DNA of 64,000 nt from Centroscyllium fabricii (taxonomy: Eukaryota). Below, piece after piece: positions 25,083-38,277 of this stretch. The DNA is taken from the NCBI GenBank assembly GCA_051313645.2, contig JBNRSN020000005.1:257610001-257674000 (forward strand), written 5' to 3'. Below the pieces are notes generated by a model, which was not told the DNA's origin, made no database searches, and saw only the letters and a list, made by a program, of their open reading frames with translations. Numbering within the stretch: position 1 is the stretch's first letter; the number at the start of each line of letters is the position of its first letter. Made by a program: the position numbers and the translations under genes.

Positions 25083-28000
25083 TGTAGTGCATGCAGGCCT
25101 GAAGAACCACGCTGGAGACAGTGAGATTGGATAACACTCATTTATTGCTTTACTCTGCAGGGGCCAGGTAGCGAAGAGAGTGAGCTACCTGGAACGGGCT
25201 TATTTAAAGGGCCCGCGGTTGGTGACGTCACTACGCCGGAAGTCCTGGTGACGTCATCACGCCGGAAGTCGCGGTGACGTCATCACGTCACCCGATGGGC
25301 GGGGCCGTGCCCCGCAGTACTCCCGAGGCGGATTCGATAGTCTTGGTGGGCGTGTCGCCACACAGCTCCCCCCCCCAGAATCTGTGAGGGAGAATTAAGT
25401 AAAAATAAAAAAAGGGAGCATAAAGTTAAAATAAAAAAAGGGAGAATAAAAGATGAGTCTCAGGCGAGGCGTTGAGGTGGCCGGATGATGCGGCCGGCAC
25501 GTGTCGTGCGCTGCTCCTTGTTCTGCGTGGGAGTGTGGCCGGGATTTGGTGCGGTAGGGCGTCTGCGTTTTGGTGGCTGCGCGGGGACTGTTGTCTCACC
25601 CGCCATTACATGTGCCGGTTTGAGCCGGTCAATCGAGACAGTTTCAGTTCTGTTGCCCATTTTGATTTCGAATGTCTTAGGTCCCGCCCGAAGCACTCTG
25701 TACGGTCCGTCGTACGGTGGCTGTAGTGGTGTTCGATGTGCGTCGTGGCGGACAAACACATATTCGGCGTTCTTGATGCCGTCTGGAACACGTGCTGCCG
25801 GCTCTCCGTGCCGGGCCACCGGTAGTGGTTTGAACGCTCCTGCCTGGTTGTTGAACTCTTTGAGGCACCGGTCAGCTGACCAAGGAGCATTGGGTTCTGT
25901 GAGGAACTCGCCTGGCACGGTTAGGGGTTGGCCGTAGACGAGTTCCGCCGCTGAGGCGTGCAGGTCTTCCTTGGCCGCTGAGCACAGGCCGAGCATTACC
26001 CAGAGCAGGCGGTCGGTCCAGGTTGCGTCCTTCAGACTGGCCCGCAGGGAAGCTTTGATGGAGCGGTGGAACCGTTCGCAGAGGCCGTTGGCCTGTGGGT
26101 GGTAGGCGGTGGTTCGGTGCAGGGTTACCCCGAGGTCGTGGGCGATGGTCGCCCATAGTGTTGAGGTGAATTGGGGGCCCCTGTCCAACGTGATGTCGGT
26201 GGGTACGCCGAAACGTGCGACCCAGGTAGCGATGAAGGCCCTGGCCAGGTCTGCGGTGGTGGTAGCGATGAGTGGGACTGCTTCTGGCCAGCGGGTGCTT
26301 CGGTCGACCATTGTCATGACGTGTGTATGTCCCCGTGATGGCGGTAGTGGTCCGACCAGGTCGATGTGGACGTGGCCGAAGCGTCTAGCTGGGATGGTGA
26401 ACGTTTCTAGTGGTGCCTTGATGTGTTTGTGCACCTTGGCGCGCTGGCAGGCAGTGCAGGCGTTGGTCCAGGCGCGGATATCCCTGCGCAGGCCGCGCCA
26501 GACGAAACGTGCCGAATTCAGCTTAGTGGACGCGCGGGTGCCAGGGTGGGACAGGCCATGTAGGGTCTGGAAGATGTGTCGCCTCCAGGCGTGGGGGACG
26601 ACGGGTCTGGGCTGCGGGAGGGAGACGTCGCAGCAGACCGCTGTGGCTGTGGGCCCGTGTGCTACAGTGGCCAAGTGCAGGCCGGGGAGGTTGGTAGCTG
26701 GGTCGAGCAGATCAGGGTCGGTCAGTTGGTCGGCCGCCAGTTTGGCGTAGTCGACGGCCGTTTGTACGGAGTTGATGGTGGGGCGTGACAGGCAGTCAGC
26801 GACCACGTTGTCGCGGCCGGCGATGTGTTGTATGTCGGTGGCAAACTCCGACACGGTCGCGAGCTGGCGCTGCTGCCTGGCCGCCCAGGGTTCGGTGATC
26901 TTAGCCATTGCAGACACAAGTGGCTTGTGATCCACGAAGGCTGTAAAGTGGCGGCCCTCTAAGAGGAAGCGGAAGTGGCGCACTGCGCGGTAGAGAGCGA
27001 GTAGCTCCCTATCGAAGGCGCTGTACTTGACCTCCGCGGGCCGGAGTTGCCGGCAGAAAAAGGCCAGGGGTTGCCAGGAGTTGCCTGTCCACTGCTCGTA
27101 GACTGCTCCGACAGCGTGGTCGGAGGCGTCGGTGGTGAGGGCTACTCTGGCATTGGGCCTAGGGTGGGCTAGGAGCGTGGCGTTGGCCAGGGCGGTTTTG
27201 GTTGCGGTGAAGGCGGTGGTGGCTTCGGCCGTCCACTCGACCGCAGCCTTGTTGGACTGCCCGCGGGTGGCCTGATAGAGGGGTGCCATGAGAGCGGCTG
27301 CTCCGGAGATGAAGCGGTTATAGAAATTAACCATCCCGAGGAATTCCTGCAGCCCCTTGATGGAGTGCGGGCGGGGGAATTCCTGGACCGCCTGCACCTT
27401 GGAGGGCAGGGGTATGGCCCCGGTCTGGGAAATGCGGTGGCCGAGGAATCGAGGCCGATCCGACATTTGGAGGGGCTTAATATTAGGCCGTGTTCGACCA
27501 GGCGTTTGAACAGGGTCCTGAGATGGAGGAGGTGTTCCTGGGGGGAGGTGCTGGCCACGAGGATGTCGTCCAGGTAGACGAACGTGAACTGCAAGTCCCG
27601 TAGGACTGAGTCCATGAGGCGTTGGAAGGCCTGGGCCGCGTTTTTGAGTCCAAAGGGCATTCGGAGAAACTCGAAAAGGCCGAAAGGGGTAATGACGGCT
27701 GTCTTAGGGACGTCCGCCGGGTGCACTGGTACCTGGTGGTAGCCCCGTACCAGGTCGATCTTTGAAAAGACCGTGCAGCCGGCTAGCCTTGCTGAGAAAT
27801 CTTGGATGTGGGGGACGGGGTACCTGTCTGGGGTGGTGGCGTTGTTGAGGCGGCGGTAGTCTCCGCAGGGGTGCCAGCCACCGCCAGGCTTGGGGGCGAT
27901 GTGGAGGGGGGAGGCCCAGGGGCTGCTGGAGCGGCGGATTATGCCGAGTTGTTCCATGATGTGGAACTCGGTACGCGCGATCTCCAGCTTGGCCGGGTCC

Positions 28001-29652
28001 AGCCTGCGTGCGTGGGCATGGACTGGAGGGCCTGTGGTGGTGATGTGATGCTCCACCCCATGCTTGGCCGTGCGGGCTGTGAAGGTGGGGTTGGTGAGGG
28101 CTAGGAACTCCGCGAGGAGCGTACCGTACGTGTCGGAGTTCCGGGCTCGGCAGTGGGACACTGCGTGGGCCTGATGTGCCGGCCCTGTGGAGCATGGGAT
28201 GGTCGACATGTCGTGGATGTCGACCAGGCGGCGCCGGGTCACGTCGACCAGTAGGCCGTGGGCGCAGAGGAAATCCGCCCCAAGGAGGGGTAGTTTTACT
28301 TGGGCTGTGATGAAGTCCCACAGGTACGTGTGGCCTGCTAGCTTGATGGTGAGCTTGCGGGTGCCGTACGTAACTATCTCGGAGCCGTTTGCGGCTTCGA
28401 GTGGTGGGCCTTGGGTGCCTTGCTTGGCTTCTGCGGGGGAGGCTGGCACGTTGCTGTGCTGCGCGCCTGTGTCGCAGAGGAAGCGGAGGCCTGAGCCGCT
28501 GTCCGTGACGAAGAGCAGTGCTCCGGAGCGGCCTACGGACATGGTGGGGCTTGAGCTGGGCTGGGGTTTGAAGGTGCAGGGCTGGACGCAGCGCTGCGCT
28601 TTAGCTTCAAATCTGGTGTGATAGTAAGACCAGCCGGGGCCTGTTGTGCGCGGCTTTTTGCGGTGTCGCGCTGGCCTGGGTTCAGACTTGGGGTCGGACC
28701 TGGGGTGCGCGTGGTGGTGCTCCGTTGCCGTGGCAGCGGGCTCGCACGTGGCGGAGCGGGAGCGCTCGGCCCTCATCAGCTTGTCGGCCTCCTCAGCCAG
28801 TTGCTCTCCACTGTAGTGGTAGAGGATCGTCAGAGCCGGTCTGACGGAGGGAGGCAGTTTGAGGAGGAACAAGGTGCGCTTAATGGTGGCTGGGTCGCAA
28901 TTGAGCGCTTCCATTTGGGCTCAGAGGTCCGATGGGTCTGAGTCCCCGAGTTCGGGGAGGTTAATGAGCTGGCAGTCGTGCTCAAACTGGGAGGGGGTGA
29001 ATTTCTTTAGCAGCGCGGCCTTAAGGAATTCATACCTGCCTGCGGTTGGTGCATGCTGTATCGTTGGCCACATTCGGTCGACCGTGGTCGGTGATAGGGC
29101 CGCGAAGAGCAGGTTGTAGCAATCGTCCCCCTGTACGCCATGGATGCGGTAGGTGTTCTCGATGCAGAGGAACCAGGCCGCTGGTCGTAGCTCCCAGAAC
29201 TCTGGCAGAGTTGGTTTTTGTCCGGAGTTCTGGCCCAGTCTTTGAGGTCGCGCTGTTTGGCTCCCTGATGGCATGTTGGTTTTGAGTGTACTGAGGCAGC
29301 TTGGCCCTCAGTCCTGCAGCAACTGCTTCATTTTGTTCCCTTGGAAGTCGTTCCAAGTATCGAGGTCACCACTGTAGTGCATGCAGGCCTGAAGAACCAC
29401 GCTGGAGACAGTGAGATTGGATAACACTCATTTATTGCTTTACTCTGCAGGGGCCAGGTAGCGAAGAGAGTGAGCTACCTGGAACGGGCTTATTTAAAGG
29501 GCCCGCGGTTGGTGACGTCACTACGCCGGAAGTCCCGGTGACGTCATCACACCGGAAGTCGCGGTGATGTCATCACGTCACCCGATGGGCGGGGCTGTGC
29601 CCCGCAGTACTCCCGAGGCGGATTCGATGGTCTTGGTGGGCGTGTCGCCACA
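25083..29652 (-). mobile_element. CsRn1-clade LTR retrotransposon B
   Basis: 280-bp LTRs 25083-25362 and 29373-29652 (~5 differences); TSD GCCC; Trp PBS (1 mismatch); gag-pol 29274-25460 with one stop and one frameshifting deletion; YLDD. Confidence 0.95.
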
Positions 29653-30277
29653 GCCCTACCTTTTCCCCTCGTGGAAATGTACCTCGACTGTACCCGAACC
29701 ATCTCCTCTTTAAAGGCAGCCCATTGTTTAATTAGTTTTGCCTGCCAATCTTGGATTCCAATTTACCCGAGCCAGATCTATTCTCAACCCACTGAAAATT
29801 GGCCCTCCTCCAATTAAGTATTTTTACTCTAGACTGCTCCTTGTCCTTTTCCATAGCGAATGTAAACGTTATGATACTGTGATCAATGTTCCCTAAATGT
29901 TTCCCTACTGACACTTGCTCTACTTGACCCACCTCATTCCCCAGAACTTGATCCAGCAACGCCTCCCTTCCTCGTTGGGTCGGAAATATATCATACTGAT
30001 CAGTCATTTCTCTCATGGTTTTTCTCATGGCTTAAAATGCAACTAACTGTTATTCCCTCCTTCAAACCTTTTCCCAATTATTTACGTTACATAATGCACC
30101 TGTACCCCTGTCTCTCTGCAGTTTGCAGTGTAAATATAGGTGACCCAGGTAGAATAGCCAAAGTAAACTTTTAAAATATCTATCTACATATTAAAAGACT
30201 CATTCTGCAAGAGCCATACAAGGACAGGCCTGAATTATAGGAATCCTCACCTCATTAACTGTCCATGAGAAGAGATA

Positions 30278-31243
30278 AGAAATACAGTATGGAGTTCTGA
30301 TGAAAGGTCATCGATCCGAAACTCTGGGGGTGTGCGGGAACCTGGCGGGGATTGGTCTGGGCGGGTTCCTGTCCCGCCTGGCTAAAGACCTGGGAAGCCC
30401 ACGCAATTTTCATTTAATTGAGTTGTTAAATCCCCGCCTGCGGCAGCGGGAGGTAATTAACTCAATCCAGTCGGGGCTGCAGCGGGGCTCGAGCAGTTTG
30501 ATTGACAGTTCCAGCACTGGTTGTTGACAGTTCCCATGGAAACACTCCACTGTGACATCACAGTCGAGTGGAACCAATGGGAAAGGTCAAGTGCTGGTGA
30601 CTCACAGGTGGGCGGGCGGGCTGCAAATCCTTGACAGTTCCGCACCGGCTGTGAGGAAATGTGCAAAGCTGAGATTTCTCAGTTTTTGCCCACAGCTGGT
30701 GCATTCACCACGGAGTTACTTACTCCTCTAAGGTGCTGAAGGCTGCCAAGCATTTGGCAGCATGTCCTTCCCCACCTTGAAGGAGAAAGTAATAACCAGC
30801 GCTGTGCTCCCGCTAAGTTTCACCCAGCGGGGTTTAAGGTGATGGGGTTAGGGTGGGAAACAGCTCAAAATGGCTGAGGGCCCTTAAAATGGCATTAAAC
30901 CTGCCAATTAAGGGCCCTTAACGAGGTGACAACCCATCCCCGCCGGCGGGAAGGTTTCGGGGCGGGGAAAAATTATAAAGCAGCGGGGATCCAGCAAGGG
31001 GGGGCGGGGGAGGGATCGCGACCCACTGGTTGCGCTATTTTGCCGGCCGACCCACCGAAAACCCCGCCTCACGGGGACATGAACATACCCCCCGTTAACT
31101 CTGTTTCTCTCGCCACAGATGCTGCCTGACCCGCTGAGTGTTTCCTGGCACTTTCTGCTTTTATTTCAGATTCCTAGCATCGGCATTATTTTGCTTTTGT
31201 TCAGGTCGATGACCTTTCATCAGAACTCCATACTGTATTTCTT
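30278..31243. mobile_element. Penelope-type 3' end with an inverted partial copy, interrupted by a MITE
   Basis: aagaaatacagtatggagttctgatgaaaggtcatcga (30278-30314) mirrored at ~31205-31243; CTGATGA..GAAA hammerhead-like core. Confidence 0.65.
30326..31093 (+). mobile_element. Non-autonomous DNA transposon, same family as 1-610
   Basis: GGGGG...CCCCC ends; splits the host gaaac|gttaactctg; inverted homolog of 1-610. Confidence 0.7.
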
Positions 31244-32559
31244 AAAGAAATATAGTAGCTATATAAATCAACCAAGGAGACGGTAGGGAAATAATCTGGT
31301 GAATAGGGATTGTATTATGGATGTACTGAGATATACATATGTAGAATGTCTGGAGTTTAATAAACAACCTAATACCTGTACACCAAAGGCCTTCACAACA
31401 AATGGTAGCAGCTAACCTTACCACTAAATTAGCTTGAGTGTCAATAGTATTAACAGAACGTGATGATGTATGTTGACCACATTTATCCTATGTAATTAAA
31501 CCTATAAAAAAAGATACAATTTAATCTAGCCTTGCTGAAGACAACGCACTTATGACCTCCTGATTTGCATGAGATATAATCGATACTGATCTCATAGGCA
31601 CTGTACGTAAGGAGCTGTGTTTTATTATATCATTGACTTGATTTAACAAAAAAAATTATTAAACAGACGCTTCAGTGTTTCCTAGTCCTCAAACTTGTAT
31701 TAGAGGTAAAGGATATGTGACAATATCCTATGGTAACTTTGTAGCTTTTATTGATGCTGTCATTACACCATTAATTTTCCACCATCAAGTCCCCAATGTA
31801 ATGTGTCATGGTGTGCACCTGCCTGACAGACAGACTCCAGCCACAGTGTCTGCTCTCAGCATCAAAGCACCTCATACAATTCCTCTTCTGGCCCTGGCCA
31901 ACATTTGTTCCCCTTAGCAGCATACGAAAACTCCGAGGGGCTAAAAATGCGGTTGCGTAGCTCCTGTGGTTTGGACGTTAAGGGTGCTGAATTGAGTCCA
32001 AAGTGGCGTCCGAGCAGCACGTGCATGATTTGATGTCAGCGCTGTCATTTGTCATAGTCATTGCTGGAGCAAACGCCATCTCCTAACCTCACATACGTTC
32101 AGAAGCAGGAAGGAACCCCACCAGTGGTATTTAAAGGGATCATCACCAACTTTCAGGTAACTTGCTTTTTGATTTCTACTGGCTCTCTTTAAGTTTGTGG
32201 AAGTGTTTGGAGCTTTCTAGAGTTGTTTAAAGTTAGTGTGGTGACAGGGAGTGGTGCTGCAAGTGGAGAGGGCCTTGGTTCTAAGGGTTCTGCTCAGACC
32301 ACTTGCTCGCAGTTGTCGGTGCTACAGTTGTCATCACCCTTGGCCTGCAGCATGACGGAGATGGAGGAGAGGCAGCGAAGGGGAACAAGCTGGTCGCAGA
32401 GGGAGGAAGAGGAGGGAGAGAAGGGCTCTCGGCAGGAGGTCATAACTACCTAGGGTCTTCCGAGTGCAATTCTCTTAGAAGAAAAAATAGGTGCAGGAGT
32501 AGACCATTCGGCCCTTCGAGCCTGCACCGCCATTCAACACGTTCATGGCTGAACCTCAT

Positions 32560-33330
32560 CCTGAGCCAGGAACTGTGTGTGAGGCATCTGCACTTTACAA
32601 AGGAGGTGCTAACAGAACTTTGTCAACTCGTGTAACCAGACCAACAGCTTCACCCCGGGGCAAGGACAGTGCTGCCAGTGGCTATGAAGGTGACCGTGGC
32701 CCTTAATTTCTTCGCATCGCGAGCCTTCCAGCCTGGAGCAGGTGACTTCTTTAAAGTCTCCCAGTTCATCATCCACTGCTGCATAAGAGAGGCAACAGAT
32801 GCCAGGAGAGGGGACTTCATTGTCTTCTCTCTGACCAGAAACTGTAAAGGTTGTTACTCGCTGAATGTGCAGATGGTGTGTGACCATGTTCAGCAAATCA
32901 TAATGCTGAATGCCCAGTATCCTTCCAGCAGTCATGATGCTGTTATTCTGCGCCAGTCCACTGTACCCTCAGTCTTTGAACCACAAAGATAAACCAGAGG
33001 GTGGCTACTAGGCGACAAGGGCTATCCCTCGATCACTTGGCTCACGACTCCGCTCCGCAACCCAACCATAATTGGCCAGTATGTGTACAACGAGAGCCAT
33101 GCTGTCGCACGAAATATCAGAACAGACTACTGGGGTGCTGAAGAAACGGTTCCACTGCCTGAACCACTCAGGAGGAACCCTACAGTACTCAGCGGAGCCT
33201 GTATCTCGATTCGTAATGGTCTGCTGTATCCTCCAGAGTCTGGTCATCATGAGAGCATAGCCCATGCCACCAGGGATACGGCCACTAGCTCAGGAGGCAT
33301 CGGAGGACAAGGAGGCAGAAACAGAAGGAA
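32560..33330 (+). pseudogene. Harbinger (HARBI1-like) DDE transposase remnant
   Basis: KVTVALNFFA; KGCYSLNVQMVCD; YPSSSHDA; WLLGDKGYP; [19 protein letters not shown]. Confidence 0.85.
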
Positions 33331-33625
33331 GGAGCAACCCAGACAACCTTTTCTAGCCAGGATAGAATCGTCCACCTGTGGTGCCAGTAAACGCGACCCA
33401 AAGTCCCCATTCAACATTAGTCCCACAGCTTACTTTCCCTGCGTTACTGACCATCATTGTCCTCTTGGCCACAAAGCTGAAATAAAAGCCACCACAAAGC
33501 AAACATTCCAATCCAAATTTATACATCTATCCATCCAATTTTATATCAAAAAATCAATCAGCCTTGTGCATTTCCTTAGTGACTGTCTTGCATGTGCCTT
33601 TGCCTATCCTAGTGCTCCTGCGCAG

Positions 33626-33970
33626 TTCTTCTTCTTCTTAGGCAGTCCCTCAGAATCGAGGATGACTTGCTTCCACATTAAAAATGGGTTCTCAGGTGAC
33701 TGATGAGTTCAGTGTGGGACGTACAGTCTCTGTCACAGGTGGGGCAGACGGTGGTTGAAGGGGCGGGTGGGTGGAGTGCGTGGGTTGACGTGCGCTCCTT
33801 CCGCTGTTTGCGCTTGGCTTCTGCTTGCTCCCAGCGAAGAAACTCGAGGTGTTCGGCACTTCTCCACTTTGTGCGGTCTTGGGCCAGGGATTCCCAGGTG
33901 TCGATGGGAATATTACACTTTTTCAAGGAGGCTTTGAGGGTGTCCTTGAAGCCTTTCGTCTGCCCACCTG
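33626..33970 (-). mobile_element. RTE/BovB-like LINE 3' fragment
   Basis: [29 protein letters not shown]; (gaa)n tail. Confidence 0.8.
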
Positions 33971-35560
33971 GGGCTCTCTTTTGTTGAGTGCTACCCCAGT
34001 GGCTGCAGCATGGCTGGTGGAAGGCTGCTGACTTTCAGTGAGGGAGACTGCAGATGGCCTTGCAGGATGAACTGGAGCAGCTCTGGGCCTAGTAGGCGTG
34101 ACTTTGGACTGCACCACCTCGGCTGCATGGGCAGCTGCAGTCTAGCCTGGCTGGCAGTGGCAGAGGTGGGAGGACAAATGCTGTCATCCTGAGAGAGGAC
34201 AGCAGCATCAGCCTCCATGAATCCACTGCCACTCCCACAGGGCAGCACCTCAGCAATCCTAGTCATCTGTTGGGAGTACAGACGGCTGGACAGCTGCAAC
34301 ACCCTGCAAGCCCCTTTCAACACTGGTAAACTCTGCCATGATGGCAGCAGTCTGGGCTTGCATGACCTCCGTCCAAGCTTCCACTGCAGCACTCAGACGT
34401 TGGGTGGTTTCTGCCTGTGCTGCAATGAAACCCGAGATTTCAGCCATCAGACGCTGCATAATGATTGGGTCCACACGTGCGCTAATTGATCTGTCCAGCC
34501 CTTCCATGCTGGAAAGGATGGGCTCCAAGCTCTGCCCAAAGCCCTGTGCAAGGCTGCAGCCGGACTCCTCCACGCTCCTTGACATTGCATGCAGGCTTTC
34601 TGGCATGCCTGCCAATGCATTAAGCATTTCATTGAGCATACCCATCAGCATTCTTCTCTAGGCCGCACCAAAATCTTCATCTGACCCCTGTGTAGCAGAA
34701 CTCATGTGTGACCGTTCCCCTGCCCTGGCTGCAGCCCACTCATGCGCAGTGTCTCACCATGTGCAGATCCCACTTCTAATCTATTCTCTAAAATAGGCAG
34801 AGTGTCAGTATCTGAGCTGGTGGCTGGGAGTGTGAACTTGAGTGATGGTGTTGCTTCTTCTTCACTCTCCTCTCCCTCTTGTATAACCACTGGCTGGATT
34901 TCTTGGGTGTCTGAAGTGAGATAGGTACAAGGATAGGGTTGTGGTGAGGTGAAAGCAAGAGGCTCATGCTTACACCAGATGTAGCTTATAAATCAGAAGG
35001 TGGATTGTGGGATGTAAAAAGTAAAAGGATAACTTGAGGATACCAGCATCTTGTACTCGTTCAGCCCCACCGTTGGCCAAGGGCTCAGCCATGTCCCTGC
35101 CAAGAATGGCCAGTGACGACTCCTCCATGGGAGTGAGGTTATGTAGGCACTCTTGTCACCCAGCAGTTAAGTTCTGCTGGCACCAGTTATGCGCCACCAT
35201 ATGCAAGAGAAAGGGACTTGTGTCAGTGAATGTGGTTTAATGTGTTTGGGTGATGTGGCTGTCATGGTTGAATAGCTAACTGTGTTCAAGCTCTAAGATG
35301 TGGGTGTGAGGCTGCAGCAGTGGTCAATGTGTGAGGGTGAGGTGAAGCTATGAATACGAAATGTGAATTGTATTTGGTAGAGATTGTTGGTAGGGGAGTG
35401 ATGGGGTATAGTGCATTGAGGCTAGTGTGCGCAGATGGTGGAATATGACATTTGAAGATCAATTCACTGGCCTTAACCACTCGTGTGAGGTCATCAGACT
35501 TCTTCCTGCACTGAGTCCAGGTGCTCAGGGCTACACTGCTGGCATTTACCACAGTGGGTA
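33971..35560 (-). pseudogene. Harbinger Myb/SANT-like DNA-binding gene remnant (multi-exon)
   Basis: TWTQCRKKSDDLTRVVK plus downstream coiled-coil segment; convergent with the transposase. Confidence 0.6.
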
Positions 35561-36004
35561 TCTACTCCCACTGCAATCTGGTCTGTTGCAAGTGTGACCC
35601 CCAGTGTCCGGTCGCCTGTCACTTTAATTCTCCACTTCACTCCCACTCTGATCTCTCCATCCTCAGCCTCTTGCACGGTTCCAACAAAGCTCAACGTAAA
35701 CTCGATTAGGCACTTTACAGCTGAAATGAAGAGTAGAAAGCCTTTCCAAAAACTAGGCTTTATTAACTTTAAAAAACAGCACACATATGTTGAGCATCCA
35801 GTCAAATTAAACTAAATTTAAAATGGCCACCATTGGTCTCATGATATCGATTACAAGATGCGCTAATTGATCTGTCCAGCCCTTCCATTACAGCATACAT
35901 TTCAAGGTAGGAAAAACAGGCAACCAACCACAATGCTTCTTACAAAACAAGGACAAACACCACAACAGCCTTCTGGACTCAACATCGGATAACAATTTAG
36001 ACTA

Positions 36005-36362
36005 TAAATTGGCCCTGTATTTCTTTAATGTTGCTGCCATCATCATTCACACCTCATCTCGAGCCATCTTTTGTTTCTTAACTTGTCCCATTACCTCTCC
36101 TTTTGCTTCGCACTATCGTCCCTTTTGTCAGTCAATCTCTCCGGCCTTCCATCCAATCACAGGCCTTCCCTCTGCTCTTTCCTCCCCTCCTCACTGCCCC
36201 TGCTTAAAAATCCCTCCTCCCGAACCTTTTCCAGTTCCAACGAAGGGTCTTCGACCCGAAACGTTGCCTCGGTTTCTCTCTCCTCGCTGCTGCCTGACTT
36301 GCTGAATGTTTCCAGCACTTTGTTATTTCAGATTTCCAGTATCTGCAGTATTTTGCTTTTGG
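36005..36362 (+). mobile_element. Penelope-type 3' fragment
   Basis: acgaagggtcttcgacccgaaacgtt..ctgcctgacttgctga..atctgcagtattttgctttt. Confidence 0.6.
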
Positions 36363-36825
36363 ATTATAACTTTGTTGTCCACCGTCTTCCCAGCCACGTC
36401 AATCATCTGTTGCAGACAGAAGGAACCTTCCCTTTAAGAGGTGCAGACTGCCTTTTAGTGCAGGATAGCTTTAAACTGGTGCTAGCCTTGCACGGATCTG
36501 GGCCCCTGCTGGGCGTGCAGCGCTGGGCTGAATGCTACAAACATGCTAATCAGCAGGCAGCAGGAAGTGTGTGTGCTGCCTGCAGTGCTCCGAACGAGCG
36601 TGGTTTGATCGCGCATCGTGCTCCAGCACCCGTTTTCAGGCCTTATCCAATTTCTAGGCCCTCATCTCTTAAATAAAAATTCTGAGCTAAAGATGTTAAC
36701 AGCTAGAAATGCCATTAACTGCTAAAATAAAGTAACATTGTCCCCAAATCCAACGCTCCTGCTTGTTTGGTGTGGGGCACAGTTGTTGTACTGAACTCTG
36801 GCTACACAGGAGAAAATGACAACTG

Positions 36826-37921
36826 CAATGTGTGCTGCGAGAAGGATAGCAGGATGCTCCAGGATGATTTGGACATGTTGGGCGAGTGGGCTGATACATG
36901 GCAGATGCAGTATAATGTGGATAAATGCGAGGTTATCAACTTTGGGGGAAAAAATAGAAATGCCGACTATTATCTAAATGGCAATAGATTAGGAGAAAGG
37001 GAAGTACAACGAGACCTGGGTGTCCTGGTGCACTGGTCGCTAAAGGTGAGCTTGCAGGTGCAGCAGGCGGTTAAGAAGGCAAATGGTATGTTGGCCTTCA
37101 TAGCGAGAGGTTTTGAGTACAGGAATAGGGAGGTCTTGCTGCAGTTGTACAAGGCTTTGGTGAGACCAAGCCTTGAGTACTGTGTGCAGTTTTGGTCTCC
37201 TTATCTAAGGAAGGACGTTCTTGCCATGGAGGGAGTGCAGAGGAGATTCACCAGGCTGATACCTGGGATGGCAGGATTGACGTATGGGGAGAGACTGGGT
37301 AGACTGGGTTTGTACTCTCTGGAGTTTAGAAGATTGAGAGGGGATCTCATCGAAACGTATAAAATTCTAACTGGTCTGGACAGACTTGATGCAGGAAGAA
37401 TGTTCCCGATGGTAGGAGAGTCCAGAACCAGGGGTCATAGTCTAAGGATAAGGGGTGACTCATTTAGGACGGAGATGAGGAGGAATTTCTTCAGCCAGAG
37501 GGTGGTGGGGCTGTGGAATTTGCTGCCCCAGAGAGCTGTGGAAGCTACTACTTTGAATAAATTTAAAACAGAGATAGACAGTTTCCTGGAAGAAAAGGGA
37601 ATTAAGGGTTATGGTGAGCGGGCAGGCAAGTGGACATGAGGATAAGTTCAGATCGGCCATGTGATCTCCTGGACTAGTTTTCGATCGCTTAGATGGGTCG
37701 GAGAGGAATTTCCCAGATTTTTTCTCCCAAATTGGCTACTGGGTTTTTTATCTGGTTTTTCGCCTCTCCCAGGTGATCACATGTGTTTGGGTGGGATGGA
37801 AAGTTAAAATAAAATTGAGGTTGGGATCAGATCAGCCATGATCTTGTTGAATGGCGGAGCAGGCTCGAGGGGCCGATTGGCCTACTCCTGCTCCTATTTC
37901 TTATGTTCTTATGTTCTTATG
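36826..37921 (+). mobile_element. CR1/HER1 LINE, 5'-truncated, with uninterrupted ORF2 C-terminus (to 37639)
   Basis: LQDDLD..WQMQYNVDKC..RDLGVLV..LEYCVQFWSP..RGDLIETYKI; (ttcttatg)n tail. Confidence 0.9.
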
Positions 37922-37961
37922 TCTCTCACACAGACGGAATGTGTCATTTAGAGCTATAACT

Positions 37962-38277
37962 CGGCATGGTGGCATAGTGGTTAGCACTGTTGCCTCGCAG
38001 CGCCAGGGGCCCGGGTTCAAATCTGGCCTCAGGTGACTATCTGTGTGGAGTCTGCACATTCTCCCCGTGTCTGCGTGGGTTTCCTCCGGGTGCCCCGGTT
38101 TCCTTCCACAGTCCAAAGATGTGCAGGTTAGGTTGATTGGCCAGGATAAATTGACCCTTAGTGTTAGGGGGATTAAATATGTGGGGTTACGGGGATAGGG
38201 TGGGATATGTGTCGGTGCAGGCTCGATGGGCCGAAATGGCCTCTCTCTGCACTGTAGGGATTCTATGATTCTATGAA
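37962..38277 (+). mobile_element. HE1-type V-SINE
   Basis: tggcatagtgg A-box, ggttcaaat B-box, V-domain, (ttctatga)n tail. Confidence 0.85.

Larger units (their letters stand above)
12480..30000 (-). mobile_element. CR1/HER1 LINE in pieces (12480-13991, 19198-19207, 24638-25082, 29653-30000), host to three LTR elements
   Basis: ORF2 C-terminus KKAYGILGFINRGIEYKSKEV..LERVQKRFTR; EVLNEYFASV; GNIDHSII; tail atagaatcatagaa. Confidence 0.85.
31937..36661. mobile_element. Degenerate autonomous-type Harbinger transposon
   Basis: Termini GGGGCTAAAAAT / AATTTCTAGGCCC; convergent transposase and Myb/SANT remnants. Confidence 0.7.

Noticed and set aside
1-30920. Giant inverted repeat (1-610 versus 30326-30920) as termini of a 31-kb element
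   Set aside because: Both are diverged dispersed copies of one MITE family; the second sits inside a Penelope end with its own termini.
32560-33330. Host HARBI1 gene
   Set aside because: Stops, frameshifts, deletions, TIRs and a convergent Myb gene indicate a decayed transposon.
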